A DNA stretch of 34,876 bases from Prolixibacteraceae bacterium. Its GTDB lineage: Bacteria > Bacteroidota > Bacteroidia > Bacteroidales > Prolixibacteraceae. Positions 26,163 to 34,876 of the stretch are shown piece by piece. Position 1 is the first letter of the stretch, and the number at the start of each line of letters is the position of its first letter. Made by a program: the position numbers and the translations under genes. Below the pieces are notes generated by a model that saw only the letters and a list, made by a program, of their open reading frames with translations, was not told the origin of the DNA and made no database searches. The stretch lies in assembly GCA_027451165.1 (NCBI GenBank), contig DAIDJX010000001.1, forward strand, positions 1 through 34,876, in the 5' to 3' direction.

Positions 26163-29100
26163 TTTGGGGATTCATTGTAAACTGGTATCTCAAAATAAAA
26201 GGTAGTTCCCTCCTGTTGGCGGGTTTCATACCATACCCGCCCATTGAAATTTTCAGCGATGTTTTTCACAATAGCCAGTCCCAGGCCCATGCCACTGCTT
26301 TTGGTGGTAAAATTGGGACTGAACATTTTTTCCTGCAATTCAGCAGGGATGCCAGATCCATTGTCTTCTACTGAAATAATGATGGCCTGTTCCTTCTTCT
26401 CAAGGGAGATAATGATTTTGCCTTCCCTGTTTTCGGGAATGGCCTGAATCCCATTTTTTATCAGGTTGATCAGGGCCCGGGAGAGCTGCTCCCTGTCGGC
26501 ATTAATCAAAACACCGTCACAATCATTCTTTAGGAAAGAGATGGTGACATTATCATGGAGCGTATACAATTCTATTACTTTCCCAATCTGCTCAGCTACC
26601 GGGAACACCTGTTTGATGGCGGTGGGAATCTGAGCAAAGCTGGAAAATTCGGTGGCAATATCCGACAAAGTGTCAATCTGGTTGATCAGAATCTGGGAAA
26701 TCCGGTTCACATAATCTGTATATTCTTTACCTTCTCCCCGGAAGCGCTGTAGATGCTGGATGTTCAGCTTCATGGGAGTCAGCGGGTTTTTGATTTCATG
26801 GGCAACCTGTTTAGCCATTTCCCGCCAGGCGCTTTCTCTTTCCGAGCGGGACAGCAACTCGGCGCTGACCACCAGTTCATCCACTTTTTTATTGTATTCC
26901 TTCACCAGCTTGCCAATTTCGTCATCCCGTTGATAATGAATGTGTTCATGACGTTTGCCCAATTCAATTTTCCGCAGGTTTTCCCGGATGGTGACCAGTG
27001 GAAGGGTAATCTGATTGGCAAAAAAGACAGCTACCACCAGGCTGGCCAGAAACAACAGTACGTAAAGATTAATAAAAGCCACCACAAAAGTGGATATTTC
27101 CTGGCTGTATTTGTCCTGGTGCGTAAAAAAAGGCAGATTAATAAATCCAAGGTATTCGCCCCTGTTGTTGATGATGGGTTCATAGGCAGAGAGATAACTC
27201 AGCTCTCCGATTTTTTCCGGCTGGAAATAATTGGTCTGAAAATTCTCGTACAACTCATAATAAGCCTGTGTATTTATTTTTCTGGATACCAATCCCCTGT
27301 TGAAAATTTCCGGCCGGGAGGAGGCAACCAAATCCCCGTTCACTCCAAAAATATTGATATCTGTCTGAAAAACATTGGAAAGCTTAACCAGTTCAGGCAG
27401 CAGCCAATCGTTCATGGCAGGATAAAAGGAAGTTTCATTTTGAAGGTGCAGATCGAGTTCCACTGATATGGAATTCATTTTCTGATCCAGGTCGCTCCGG
27501 AGCCGGCTACCTGATTCCCGCAGGTTGTAAAATATGGTACCTGCTGCCACCAGCAAGAGGGAAATAAACACAATGGAAATGATGGCTGCCTGAATGCGGA
27601 ATTTAAGGTCCAGCATGATCTTCCATCTGATTTTTCTGCGATGAATCAGGAAAAGAATGGTCAGGGAGGATAAAAAGTATAAAACAAACAGGTAAGGGAA
27701 TGAGATCAGGTAATCATTAAACCGGTATAGGCTTCTGCTGACAATTACATAGTTGTTTTCGCGTGTTTTGTGTATCAGGTGCTCAAAACCGTCCCATTGG
27801 GTAAATGTAAACTCATTGTCCTCAAAATCATAGGAATAGATGTAAAAATTGTAGGGAAAGTTACCATGCCGGTTAACCAGTTCACCTCCGAAGTATTTGG
27901 CATATTGGTATCTTTTGTAATTAGCCGGCTTTCTCATGCTCTGGTCGATCAGCAGTTCCGGAAAGCCAACCCCTTCAGATTGTTCTTTGGATTTGAGATC
28001 GATAAAGATGGAAACCTGCGACCCTGCGTCAGGGAGCGAATAATTCAGTCTTCCAAAATAGGAAATACGGCCATCCATGTTATCCATGTAATAAAAATCA
28101 GTGCCAGGTAAAAGGATACCCTGGTTTTTGATCATACTGTCGAAAAAAGCATAACAGGGAGATTTTGTGTTCTGTGGACGGATGATCACACTGTCGGCTG
28201 CTGAACATACCGTGATTTGCAGGTCATATTGCCTGAAAAAACCACTGAAATAAGTGGTTTCGATATATTGTACCAGTTTGTCGAAGGGAGAAACCAGATA
28301 ACGCTGCATATTGGGGTCATTTTTGATCTGCTGCTGGATTTCCACAAGGAATACTTCAGCAGCCGGATCGTGTTCTGCTACCAGGGTGATGGCCAGTAGT
28401 TTTTGTACATCCTTTTCCTTTTTATCGGTTATGCTGTAAATCAAAAAGATGGAAAATGCAGCAATTACCGTAATAAAGAGTACCAGAAAACTCATCTGGT
28501 ATTTTCTGGTTTTCAGGGAAACAAACAATACCGATAAAAGGGAGACCACCAGGAAAAGTATCCATGAAGGGGTATTGACCCTCCCGGTGATGAAATATTG
28601 AACCAGGGATGAAAGCAATGCAACAATAATCAGGACAACCGGAAGTGAATTTACCTGCATACTTTTGAGTATCTCCGCTGTTGTTTTTATGGAAAGCAGA
28701 ATCAGCGAAAAAAGAAGGAACATGATGGCCAGTATGCCAAGAAAAGTGGGAACCGTTATCTCATTGATCTGGTTAAGGGTAAAGGAAAAACTGGAGTTGT
28801 CAATGAAGATCTCCACCAGGGAAATTATCAGCCCCCAAATCAGGGCTGCAACCCCATATACCGGTAAAATCCGGAGGGAGGGATACAATCCGGTGGCTTT
28901 TATACCCAGGGGAATGTGACTGGCCCGGTAAAAAAGAACTGACAGGTAAAGAATAAAAAAGGAGATCAGCAGAAAATCACCCAGGGAGGGTAACATGGAA
29001 TTCCAGGCAAAAAGTGAAGGCGAAAAGTAATCGATCTGGCTGTACATGGCGGGAAATTGCCACTTAATGTGGATAGCATAAATCACTACCAGGAAGGATC

Positions 29101-29839
29101 CGGTCATCAGCAAGCGGGCCCAGAATCCCCATCTCCATCGAAAAAAGAGGTTCCCCAAAAAATGAAGGACCAACAACAGGGCCATCAGGTATAAAATACC
29201 GGGCAAATAAATTGACCAGGATGGATTGACTGTTGAATTTCCGGGTATTATGGTGAAGAGATATTCATGTTGTGTTCCCCGGATATCATAACCACCTTCA
29301 GTGGGTTTACGATCCACCCTGTAGTCTGCCGGTAAGCGGAAGTCTCTGAAAAAACCATTCCGGAGGTATTGATTTTCATGTACATAATCGTACTTGATAA
29401 GGATATAACCGACAATAGTAAAACTGTCTTTTTGAGAAGTGACGGATAGGTAATTTCCATTGGGCAGGACTGACAACCGTTTCCCGTTTTTGCTGTCAGG
29501 CGGAAGAATTTCCTGAAAGGCAACTGCACGATCAGACCAATAGATCAATTTCCGGTTACAGTATACCAGATAGCCTACCCCACCGCGTTCCAAAGGCTGA
29601 TTGTAGGCGGCCATTTCACTCAGGATGAAATCGACAAAGCCTGGAGTGGTGGAAAGCGTCTTCAGATTTTCGATTTCATGGTCCATTGACCGCTCCTTTA
29701 CCGACCAGTTCCTCTGAAACCGTTGAATCATCTGCTGCTCAACACCCTTTTCATTACTACCTTTTTCAAGCAGAAACGCGCTGATCAGGAAAGTTACAGC
29801 AGCAATCAAATACGCATTTTTCTTTAATAACCGCTTCAT
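26156..29839 (-). CDS. Large multi-pass membrane sensor histidine kinase (HAMP-HisKA-HATPase, NtrY-like core)
   Basis: HAMP RDDEIGKLVKEYN, H-box AKQVAHEIKNPLTPM, N-box NLIKNGIQA, DNGSGIP, FTTKSSGMGLGL; many hydrophobic segments separated by large soluble domains. Confidence 0.93.
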   Translation of the reverse strand: MKRLLKKNAYLIAAVTFLISAFLLEKGSNEKGVEQQMIQRFQRNWSVKERSMDHEIENLKTLSTTPGFVDFILSEMAAYNQPLERGGVGYLVYCNRKLIYWSDRAVAFQEILPPDSKNGKRLSVLPNGNYLSVTSQKDSFTIVGYILIKYDYVHENQYLRNGFFRDFRLPADYRVDRKPTEGGYDIRGTQHEYLFTIIPGNSTVNPSWSIYLPGILYLMALLLVLHFLGNLFFRWRWGFWARLLMTGSFLVVIYAIHIKWQFPAMYSQIDYFSPSLFAWNSMLPSLGDFLLISFFILYLSVLFYRASHIPLGIKATGLYPSLRILPVYGVAALIWGLIISLVEIFIDNSSFSFTLNQINEITVPTFLGILAIMFLLFSLILLSIKTTAEILKSMQVNSLPVVLIIVALLSSLVQYFITGRVNTPSWILFLVVSLLSVLFVSLKTRKYQMSFLVLFITVIAAFSIFLIYSITDKKEKDVQKLLAITLVAEHDPAAEVFLVEIQQQIKNDPNMQRYLVSPFDKLVQYIETTYFSGFFRQYDLQITVCSAADSVIIRPQNTKSPCYAFFDSMIKNQGILLPGTDFYYMDNMDGRISYFGRLNYSLPDAGSQVSIFIDLKSKEQSEGVGFPELLIDQSMRKPANYKRYQYAKYFGGELVNRHGNFPYNFYIYSYDFEDNEFTFTQWDGFEHLIHKTRENNYVIVSRSLYRFNDYLISFPYLFVLYFLSSLTILFLIHRRKIRWKIMLDLKFRIQAAIISIVFISLLLVAAGTIFYNLRESGSRLRSDLDQKMNSISVELDLHLQNETSFYPAMNDWLLPELVKLSNVFQTDINIFGVNGDLVASSRPEIFNRGLVSRKINTQAYYELYENFQTNYFQPEKIGELSYLSAYEPIINNRGEYLGFINLPFFTHQDKYSQEISTFVVAFINLYVLLFLASLVVAVFFANQITLPLVTIRENLRKIELGKRHEHIHYQRDDEIGKLVKEYNKKVDELVVSAELLSRSERESAWREMAKQVAHEIKNPLTPMKLNIQHLQRFRGEGKEYTDYVNRISQILINQIDTLSDIATEFSSFAQIPTAIKQVFPVAEQIGKVIELYTLHDNVTISFLKNDCDGVLINADREQLSRALINLIKNGIQAIPENREGKIIISLEKKEQAIIISVEDNGSGIPAELQEKMFSPNFTTKSSGMGLGLAIVKNIAENFNGRVWYETRQQEGTTFYFEIPVYNESPKP

Positions 29840-29841
29840 AA

Positions 29842-30315
29842 TCAGTCGTGATGATAGGGTTCCCCGTTGATAATGGTGAATGCCCTGTAAAGTTGCTCCA
29901 GAAACAATAACCGGACCATTTGATGTGAAAAGGTCATTTTGGACAAAGAAATCTTCCCGGTGGCTTTTTCCAAAACTTTGTCCGAGAATCCATAAGGCCC
30001 TCCGATGATGAATACCAGATCCTTGCAGCCGTTCACCATTTTGCGTTCTATAAACTGAGCAAATTCCCTGGATGCAAATTCTTTTCCCTTTTCATCCAAC
30101 AGAAAGACCTCCTTTTTATTTTCAAGAAAGGGCAGCATCATTTCCCCCTCTTTTTCCCTTTGTTCCGCAGAAGAGAGGTTCCTGGTATTTTTCAAATCGG
30201 GAATTACCCGGATTTCAAAGCCTAAATAAAATCCTATCCTTTTGGCATAGACCTCCAAACCTTGCTGAAGCCATCCAGCATCAGTTTTTCCGGTTACCAT
30301 AAGGATAATTTTCAT
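29842..30315 (-). CDS. rlmH: 23S rRNA (pseudouridine1915-N3)-methyltransferase RlmH
   Basis: LDEKGK, FIIGGPYGF, SLSKMTFSHQMVR, EQLYRAFTIINGEPYHHD. Confidence 0.97.
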   Translation of the reverse strand: MKIILMVTGKTDAGWLQQGLEVYAKRIGFYLGFEIRVIPDLKNTRNLSSAEQREKEGEMMLPFLENKKEVFLLDEKGKEFASREFAQFIERKMVNGCKDLVFIIGGPYGFSDKVLEKATGKISLSKMTFSHQMVRLLFLEQLYRAFTIINGEPYHHD

Positions 30316-30420
30316 ACTACAAAGAATCAGAAAATTTCTAAATTTACGCTAAAATTAGTGAGCATTTGAATTTTGCACAGTTTTTGCTGAAAAATTCAGA
30401 AATTTTGAAACAATTCATTC

Positions 30421-30825
30421 ATGAAAACAATTCACAAGGTATTGCTGATTTCCCTGATGCTGTTGGTCATTAACGGATTCTCAGAAAACCAGAAAGTGGA
30501 ACCGGTTCCCGAAGAGATTTTGACCGGATTGAAAACCGGAAATGCCAAAATGCTGGCTGCCAGTTTTAACCAGAATGTGGAACTCGTCATTTTAAACGAT
30601 GACAATGTGTACAGCAAAGCACAGGCAGAACAAATAGTATCAGGGTTTTTCAGTCAGAACCAGCCGGAGAAATTCTCAATCCTCCACCAGGTAGGCAAAG
30701 AAGGTGCAAAATACATCATCGGTCAGCTATTTACCAAACAGGGTGTTTTCAGGGTCGGCTTTCTTTTGAAAAAATCCGAGGGGAAAGAGATCATACATCA
30801 GTTAAGAATTGAAAAACAGGATTAA
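30421..30825 (+). CDS. Exported protein, DUF4783-like
   Basis: Signal peptide; GNAKMLAASFNQNVEL, YSKAQAEQIVSGFF, YIIGQLFTKQGVFRV, IHQLRIE match the recalled DUF4783 pattern. Confidence 0.75.
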   Translation: MKTIHKVLLISLMLLVINGFSENQKVEPVPEEILTGLKTGNAKMLAASFNQNVELVILNDDNVYSKAQAEQIVSGFFSQNQPEKFSILHQVGKEGAKYIIGQLFTKQGVFRVGFLLKKSEGKEIIHQLRIEKQD

Positions 30826-31816
30826 ATCTATAACAACAAATTTGACAGTAATTAGCCAAAAGCTGACCAAAAGAATCAGTTTCTGGGCTAAAAGGATTAC
30901 TTTACCTTTTCTGGATGGCGTGCCTGTCTATACAGTGGCTGTATTTTTCTGGAGAAGTATTGTAGATGGTTCATTGACCACCAGGGCTTCTGCCATTGCA
31001 TACAGCTTTTTTCTCGCTCTTTTCCCGGCCACCATATTTTTATTTACCCTTATCCCCTATATTCCTATACCCAATTTTCAGGAAGAACTTTTCCAGTTGC
31101 TTAAGTCGGTTATTCCGGCCAGCACTTTTGATGCGGTGGAAGGTACGGTAGAAGATATTATAAAAATACCCCGTGGTGGTTTGTTATCTCTCGGTTTTCT
31201 GATGGCGATTATTTTTGCGACCAACGGCATATCCTCCATTATGGCAGCTTTTGATGCTACTGTCCATAGCATCAATCGCCGCACCTGGTATGGACAGTGG
31301 ATGATTTCAGCTGTGTTGCTGGTTATCCTCTGGTTTTTACTGGCCATTGCGATTGGTCTGGTTACAGGCGGACAGGCTCTTTTGAAACACCTGGTTGAAC
31401 ACACCCAGCTTTTTGACCGGTTTACCTATCACCTGCTATCAATAACCAAATGGATCATCATCGTCGCCCTGTTTTTTTTCGCCTATTCTTTCCTTTATTA
31501 CATGGCGCCCGCAAAGAAAACCAAATGGAGGTTTATATCTGCAGGTGGTACCCTGGCAACCCTCCTGAGCATCGGAACACTTTTTGGTTTTACCTATTAC
31601 ATCAACCATTTCAGCCAGTACAATAAACTCTACGGATCAATCGGAACCTTACTCATCATCCTGCTGCTGATTTACCTTATTGCACTGATCCTGCTGATCG
31701 GATTCGAATTAAATGCCAGTATTTATCAGGCCCATAAAGAACATTCCGAAAATGAATCGCTCTTTACACGCCTCCGTAAGCAAATCATCACTGATGAAAC
31801 CCCTCCTGAACCTTAA
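30809..31816 (+). CDS. YihY/virulence factor BrkB family inner-membrane protein
   Basis: ASAIAYSFFLALFP, about 6 hydrophobic segments, YNKLYGSIG, LLIGFELNA. TTG start overlaps the upstream gene by 17 bp and is uncertain. Confidence 0.9.
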   Translation: MKNRIKSITTNLTVISQKLTKRISFWAKRITLPFLDGVPVYTVAVFFWRSIVDGSLTTRASAIAYSFFLALFPATIFLFTLIPYIPIPNFQEELFQLLKSVIPASTFDAVEGTVEDIIKIPRGGLLSLGFLMAIIFATNGISSIMAAFDATVHSINRRTWYGQWMISAVLLVILWFLLAIAIGLVTGGQALLKHLVEHTQLFDRFTYHLLSITKWIIIVALFFFAYSFLYYMAPAKKTKWRFISAGGTLATLLSIGTLFGFTYYINHFSQYNKLYGSIGTLLIILLLIYLIALILLIGFELNASIYQAHKEHSENESLFTRLRKQIITDETPPEP

Positions 31817-31838
31817 ATCTGCCGGAAAAATCAATCAC

Positions 31839-31846
31839 TAAATTTG
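31839..31846 (+). promoter_or_regulatory. -7 promoter box (TAAATTTG) for the lipoprotein gene
   Basis: Exact TAnnTTTG match upstream of ATGs at 31861, 31876 and 31882. Confidence 0.55.
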
Positions 31847-31860
31847 ATCAACATACAGTC

Positions 31861-32361
31861 ATGGAAAATCAGCTTATGCATATGAAAAGAAAATCATTTC
31901 CGTTCATTAGCTTTTTAATTCTTTCAATTGCACTTTCGTCCTGTTTGATTCCCTCCTCTCCGGAAACTTATGTTAAAAACTTTAGTCGTTTTGTTGGCGA
32001 CGTTGAGAAAAACGGTGAAAAATTCAGCCTCTCCGACTGGCAATATGCCAATAAAAGATATGCCAGGTACATCGGGGAATGGTACGACAAGTTCAGCGGT
32101 GATCTCACCGTTGAACAGCAATCAGAGGTTCGGAATTTGAAAATCAGGTACCTGACCGAAAGAGGTAAAAACCGGTTTGCCCGGTTCTTCAAAAATGAAC
32201 TCGGAAAAGACCTCGACGAAATCAAAGATGATGTTCAACATTACCTGAAAAAGGAACTCCCGCAGGATATGCAGGAGCTTGGCCGTGGAGCCAGGGAAAT
32301 CGGAGACTCTGCCAAAAAGGTAATGCAGGAAATCATCCGCGATAATAAAAAGAAAGAATAG
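31861..32361 (+). CDS. Hypothetical alpha-helical lipoprotein
   Basis: MKRK + hydrophobic stretch + LSSC lipobox, followed by a charged helical body. The true start may be ATG 31882. Confidence 0.75.
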   Translation: MENQLMHMKRKSFPFISFLILSIALSSCLIPSSPETYVKNFSRFVGDVEKNGEKFSLSDWQYANKRYARYIGEWYDKFSGDLTVEQQSEVRNLKIRYLTERGKNRFARFFKNELGKDLDEIKDDVQHYLKKELPQDMQELGRGAREIGDSAKKVMQEIIRDNKKKE

Positions 32362-32365
32362 CCTT

Positions 32366-33706
32366 TTACAGTTTAATCGGGATTCCGTTGTAGAAATCAA
32401 GGATTTTGGAACGGAATACATATTCAAACTTGGCCTGAGTCAACTGTGACTGGGCGATGGTGAGGTTATTCTTGATCTGATTATATTCCACCGGTGTTAC
32501 CATCCCAACATTCAGTTTTTCTTCGGCATAACGGAAGGCTTCTGTACTGGAATGAACTGCTTTCTCGCTTGAAATATATCTTTTCAGGGCAGATGTAGCA
32601 TTGGTATAGGCCTGTTCGATATCCTTCTGAAGCATATTCTGGGAAGTCAGCAACCGGTATTTGTAATCCTCCACCTGGAGGGTGGCATTGGAAATACCAT
32701 TCCTGACCTGGAACTGATTGAATATCGGAATATTCAGGGTAAGTCCAAATCCATATCGCTTGTTGTTGTTGAGCTGTTTCCCAAAAGCGATGGTCTTTTG
32801 ACTGATCATATCTTTGTAATTGTCGTTGAAATTATCGTAGAAATTGGCGCCAAAACTCAGTCGGGGCCAGCGGGCTCCACGGGCTTGTTCCAACTGCACC
32901 ATCGCGCTTTCCACCCTCAGCCGTGATGCTTCAATTTCCGGGCGGGTTTGCAATGCATTCTGGAAAACATTCTGCGAATTAAAGCTGAACATTCCTGCCT
33001 GTAATTCAGGCAAAACCGGTTTCTCAATTTTAAAGTACTTTGGAACAGGCAGTTCAAGCAGTTGGTACAGATTAAGATAGGCGAGCTGGGCCCGGTTCTG
33101 GTCAGTCACCAGTTGTACCTCCTCTTTGGCCAGCTGGGCTTCGATCTCAAATACAGCTCCCTTGGCCAGCCGGCCTGATTCCACCAGCTTTTCCGACCGG
33201 GCAATCTGCAGCCGGGTAACCTCCATCTGGGCTTCATCAATGCCAATCAATTCTTCAGCAAATAAAATCTCCAGGTAAAGAGCAGCAATATTCAAAATCA
33301 GATCATCTTTTGCTTTCTGATAATCCTGCATGGTCGCCTTCAGATCCAGGTCACGCTGTTTTACCAGATTCTGAAGCTGAAAACCGTTCCAAACCGTTAC
33401 TTCAGTGCCCAGATACCCCGATAAGCTCATGGAATTGGTATTCTGATAGGTGTTTTCATAGGTCAGCGACCTCCCGAAATTGTAATTATTACCCAACTGT
33501 CCGTTCAGGTTGGGCAAACGGTTGCTGCGGGCCTGCGCCAGCTGGTTTTGCTGATAACCAACGGCCAGGTCCTGTTGTTTAATCTGAATGTTGTTTTCCA
33601 GTGCGTAATCAATGCATTGCTGCAGATTCCATTTTTCCTGCGCCGTGGTGGAAAGCCCACCTGCGGCCAAAAGAAGGAATATTAAAATAGTATAGAGTGT
33701 TTTCAT
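32366..33706 (-). CDS. TolC family outer-membrane efflux protein
   Basis: Signal peptide MKTLYTILIFLLLAAGG, WNLQQCIDYALENN, LNIPIFN, EKLNVG, LDFYNG. Start moved from 33790 to ATG 33706. Confidence 0.92.
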   Translation of the reverse strand: MKTLYTILIFLLLAAGGLSTTAQEKWNLQQCIDYALENNIQIKQQDLAVGYQQNQLAQARSNRLPNLNGQLGNNYNFGRSLTYENTYQNTNSMSLSGYLGTEVTVWNGFQLQNLVKQRDLDLKATMQDYQKAKDDLILNIAALYLEILFAEELIGIDEAQMEVTRLQIARSEKLVESGRLAKGAVFEIEAQLAKEEVQLVTDQNRAQLAYLNLYQLLELPVPKYFKIEKPVLPELQAGMFSFNSQNVFQNALQTRPEIEASRLRVESAMVQLEQARGARWPRLSFGANFYDNFNDNYKDMISQKTIAFGKQLNNNKRYGFGLTLNIPIFNQFQVRNGISNATLQVEDYKYRLLTSQNMLQKDIEQAYTNATSALKRYISSEKAVHSSTEAFRYAEEKLNVGMVTPVEYNQIKNNLTIAQSQLTQAKFEYVFRSKILDFYNGIPIKL

Positions 33707-33773
33707 TGTTTCTGAACTGTTTATTCCGATTGTGTTATCATAAATTATCCCCGCAAAGCTTTTTGCTTCTGTG

Positions 33774-33809
33774 GCCTCAGCCTTAACCATAACCTCAACA
33801 TTAACCTCA
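33774..33809 (-). repeat. Hexamer tandem array (TRAGGY consensus, 6 units) beginning at the efflux adaptor stop codon
   Basis: Minus strand reads TGAGGT TAATGT TGAGGT TATGGT TAAGGC TGAGGC. Confidence 0.75.
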
Positions 33810-34876
33810 ACTCTTAGCCTCTTCCTTGTTTTCCGCCTTCTTTTTAGGATCCACTTTTTCTCCCTTCACCCGGTCGGTTTTGGCAAGGCCTTCCCTAACT
33901 TCGATATTGATGCCGTCAGATAAGCCGGTTTTGACAAATCTTTTTTCAAATTTCTGCGGATCAGTTTCCACCTCAACATAAGCCGAATCTTTTTCAAATT
34001 TCAGCATCCCTTCAGGAATGGTCAACACACTGTCGCGTTTGTCCAGCACTATGTTCGCATTGGCAGAATATCCTGAACGGATAAACTGGTCTTCCTTCAG
34101 TAAAAGGTCAGCCTTGATTTCAAACTGGATGGCTCCGTTTTCAATCTTTCCCTTGGGAGCGATATATTTCAGTACTGCATTGAACTTTTCATTATCAATC
34201 GCGCCAATGGTAAGTTCTATGTTCATCCCTTCCCTGATTTTTCCCACTTCCGTTTCATCGACCTTCCCGATGAAAATCATGTCGTTCATATCGGCAACAA
34301 TGGCTATTGTCGTCCCGGCATTGAATGTATTGGCCTGGATTACGGAAAAACCTTCCTTGACCGGCACATCGAGTACCATGCCGTCAATCGTCGAGCGGAT
34401 CAGTGTATTGGTGGTCTTGGCGGAGGATTTGGTAACCCCTTTCCGGATGAGATCCAGGTTGTTTTCTGACGACTTTACTTCCTCCATGGCGGAATTGTAG
34501 GCCAGCTGGGCTTTCTGGAATTCTTCCCTCGATATTACATCTTTCTCAAAAAGGGAAGTCTGACGATCATAATTGATCTTGGCATCCTCAAAACTGATTT
34601 TTGCCCGGTTTAACCTCGACTCGGCAGCGTTCAGGTTGACCATGTCGGGAATGATGTTCACCCTGGCAAGTATATCCCCCTTTTTCACCATGGTGCCGGC
34701 TTCTATGAAGATTTCCTCGACAATTCCCGAGACCTGGGGTTTAATTTCAATCTCCTTGCGTGGCTCTATGGATCCTGTTGCAACTGTTTTTTTGACAATG
34801 TTGGTAACTTCAGGACTTTTCACCTCATATACATCTGCCACAGGTCTCGATTTTTTATACAGAAAACCGAGTAGAT
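33807..34876 (-). CDS. Efflux periplasmic adaptor (membrane fusion protein, MacA/HlyD-like), 5'-truncated by the window edge
   Basis: ATGSIEP, IKPQVSGIV, VKKGDILA lipoyl half-motif, coiled hairpin, IRSTIDGMVL, VDETEVGKI, GLSDGINIEV. The frame stays open upstream of GTG 34841 (..LGFLYKKSRPVADV), so the start lies outside the window. Confidence 0.92.
   Translation of the reverse strand, partial: LLGFLYKKSRPVADVYEVKSPEVTNIVKKTVATGSIEPRKEIEIKPQVSGIVEEIFIEAGTMVKKGDILARVNIIPDMVNLNAAESRLNRAKISFEDAKINYDRQTSLFEKDVISREEFQKAQLAYNSAMEEVKSSENNLDLIRKGVTKSSAKTTNTLIRSTIDGMVLDVPVKEGFSVIQANTFNAGTTIAIVADMNDMIFIGKVDETEVGKIREGMNIELTIGAIDNEKFNAVLKYIAPKGKIENGAIQFEIKADLLLKEDQFIRSGYSANANIVLDKRDSVLTIPEGMLKFEKDSAYVEVETDPQKFEKRFVKTGLSDGINIEVREGLAKTDRVKGEKVDPKKKAENKEEAKS

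Noticed and set aside
26753-27466. 237-aa plus-strand ORF, and similar long antisense ORFs inside sprA, pdxA, der, mutL and the efflux genes
   Set aside because: Shadow ORFs opposite well-supported genes, with no recognisable motifs.
33707-33790. 28-aa N-terminal extension of TolC given in the ORF track
   Set aside because: It arises from the hexamer repeat and intergenic DNA; the signal peptide starts at ATG 33706.
1-34876. Defence island, prophage, IS element or structural RNA genes
   Set aside because: No integrase, transposase, phage or defence-type ORFs, and no tRNA or rRNA-like sequence; nearly all space is filled by housekeeping genes.

Overview
This window is mostly core chromosome from a Bacteroidota bacterium. 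The assignment rests on sprA-ruvA synteny, TAnnTTTG -7 promoter boxes, the mutL-rhomboid-rhomboid cluster and a DUF4783-like gene; a Bacteroidales/Marinilabiliales-type organism is an inference. Gene order: truncated EEP-family membrane gene, prmC, ribD, sprA (T9SS translocon), ruvA, pdxA, M17 leucyl aminopeptidase, mqnC, kbl, gltX, a PurF-like amidophosphoribosyltransferase lacking the catalytic Cys, a COG0523/CobW-type GTPase, era, der, mutL, two rhomboid proteases, a small phosphoribosyltransferase, a 1227-aa orphan histidine kinase, rlmH, a DUF4783-like protein, YihY/BrkB, a lipoprotein, TolC and a truncated efflux adaptor. I saw no rRNA, tRNA, CRISPR array, transposase or prophage, and I cannot support a clearly new multi-gene system. 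The best leads are: (i) several 6/7-bp periodic arrays directly behind stop codons, some with a 21-bp (2 conserved + 1 variable heptamer) higher-order unit; (ii) three degenerate 28-bp GTAGAGAC-N12-GTCTCTAC REP-like palindromes; (iii) the apparently glutaminase-dead PurF paralogue; (iv) an rlmH-kinase-PRTase operon facing a near-sigma54 motif. All protein calls come from motif recognition, not database searches.
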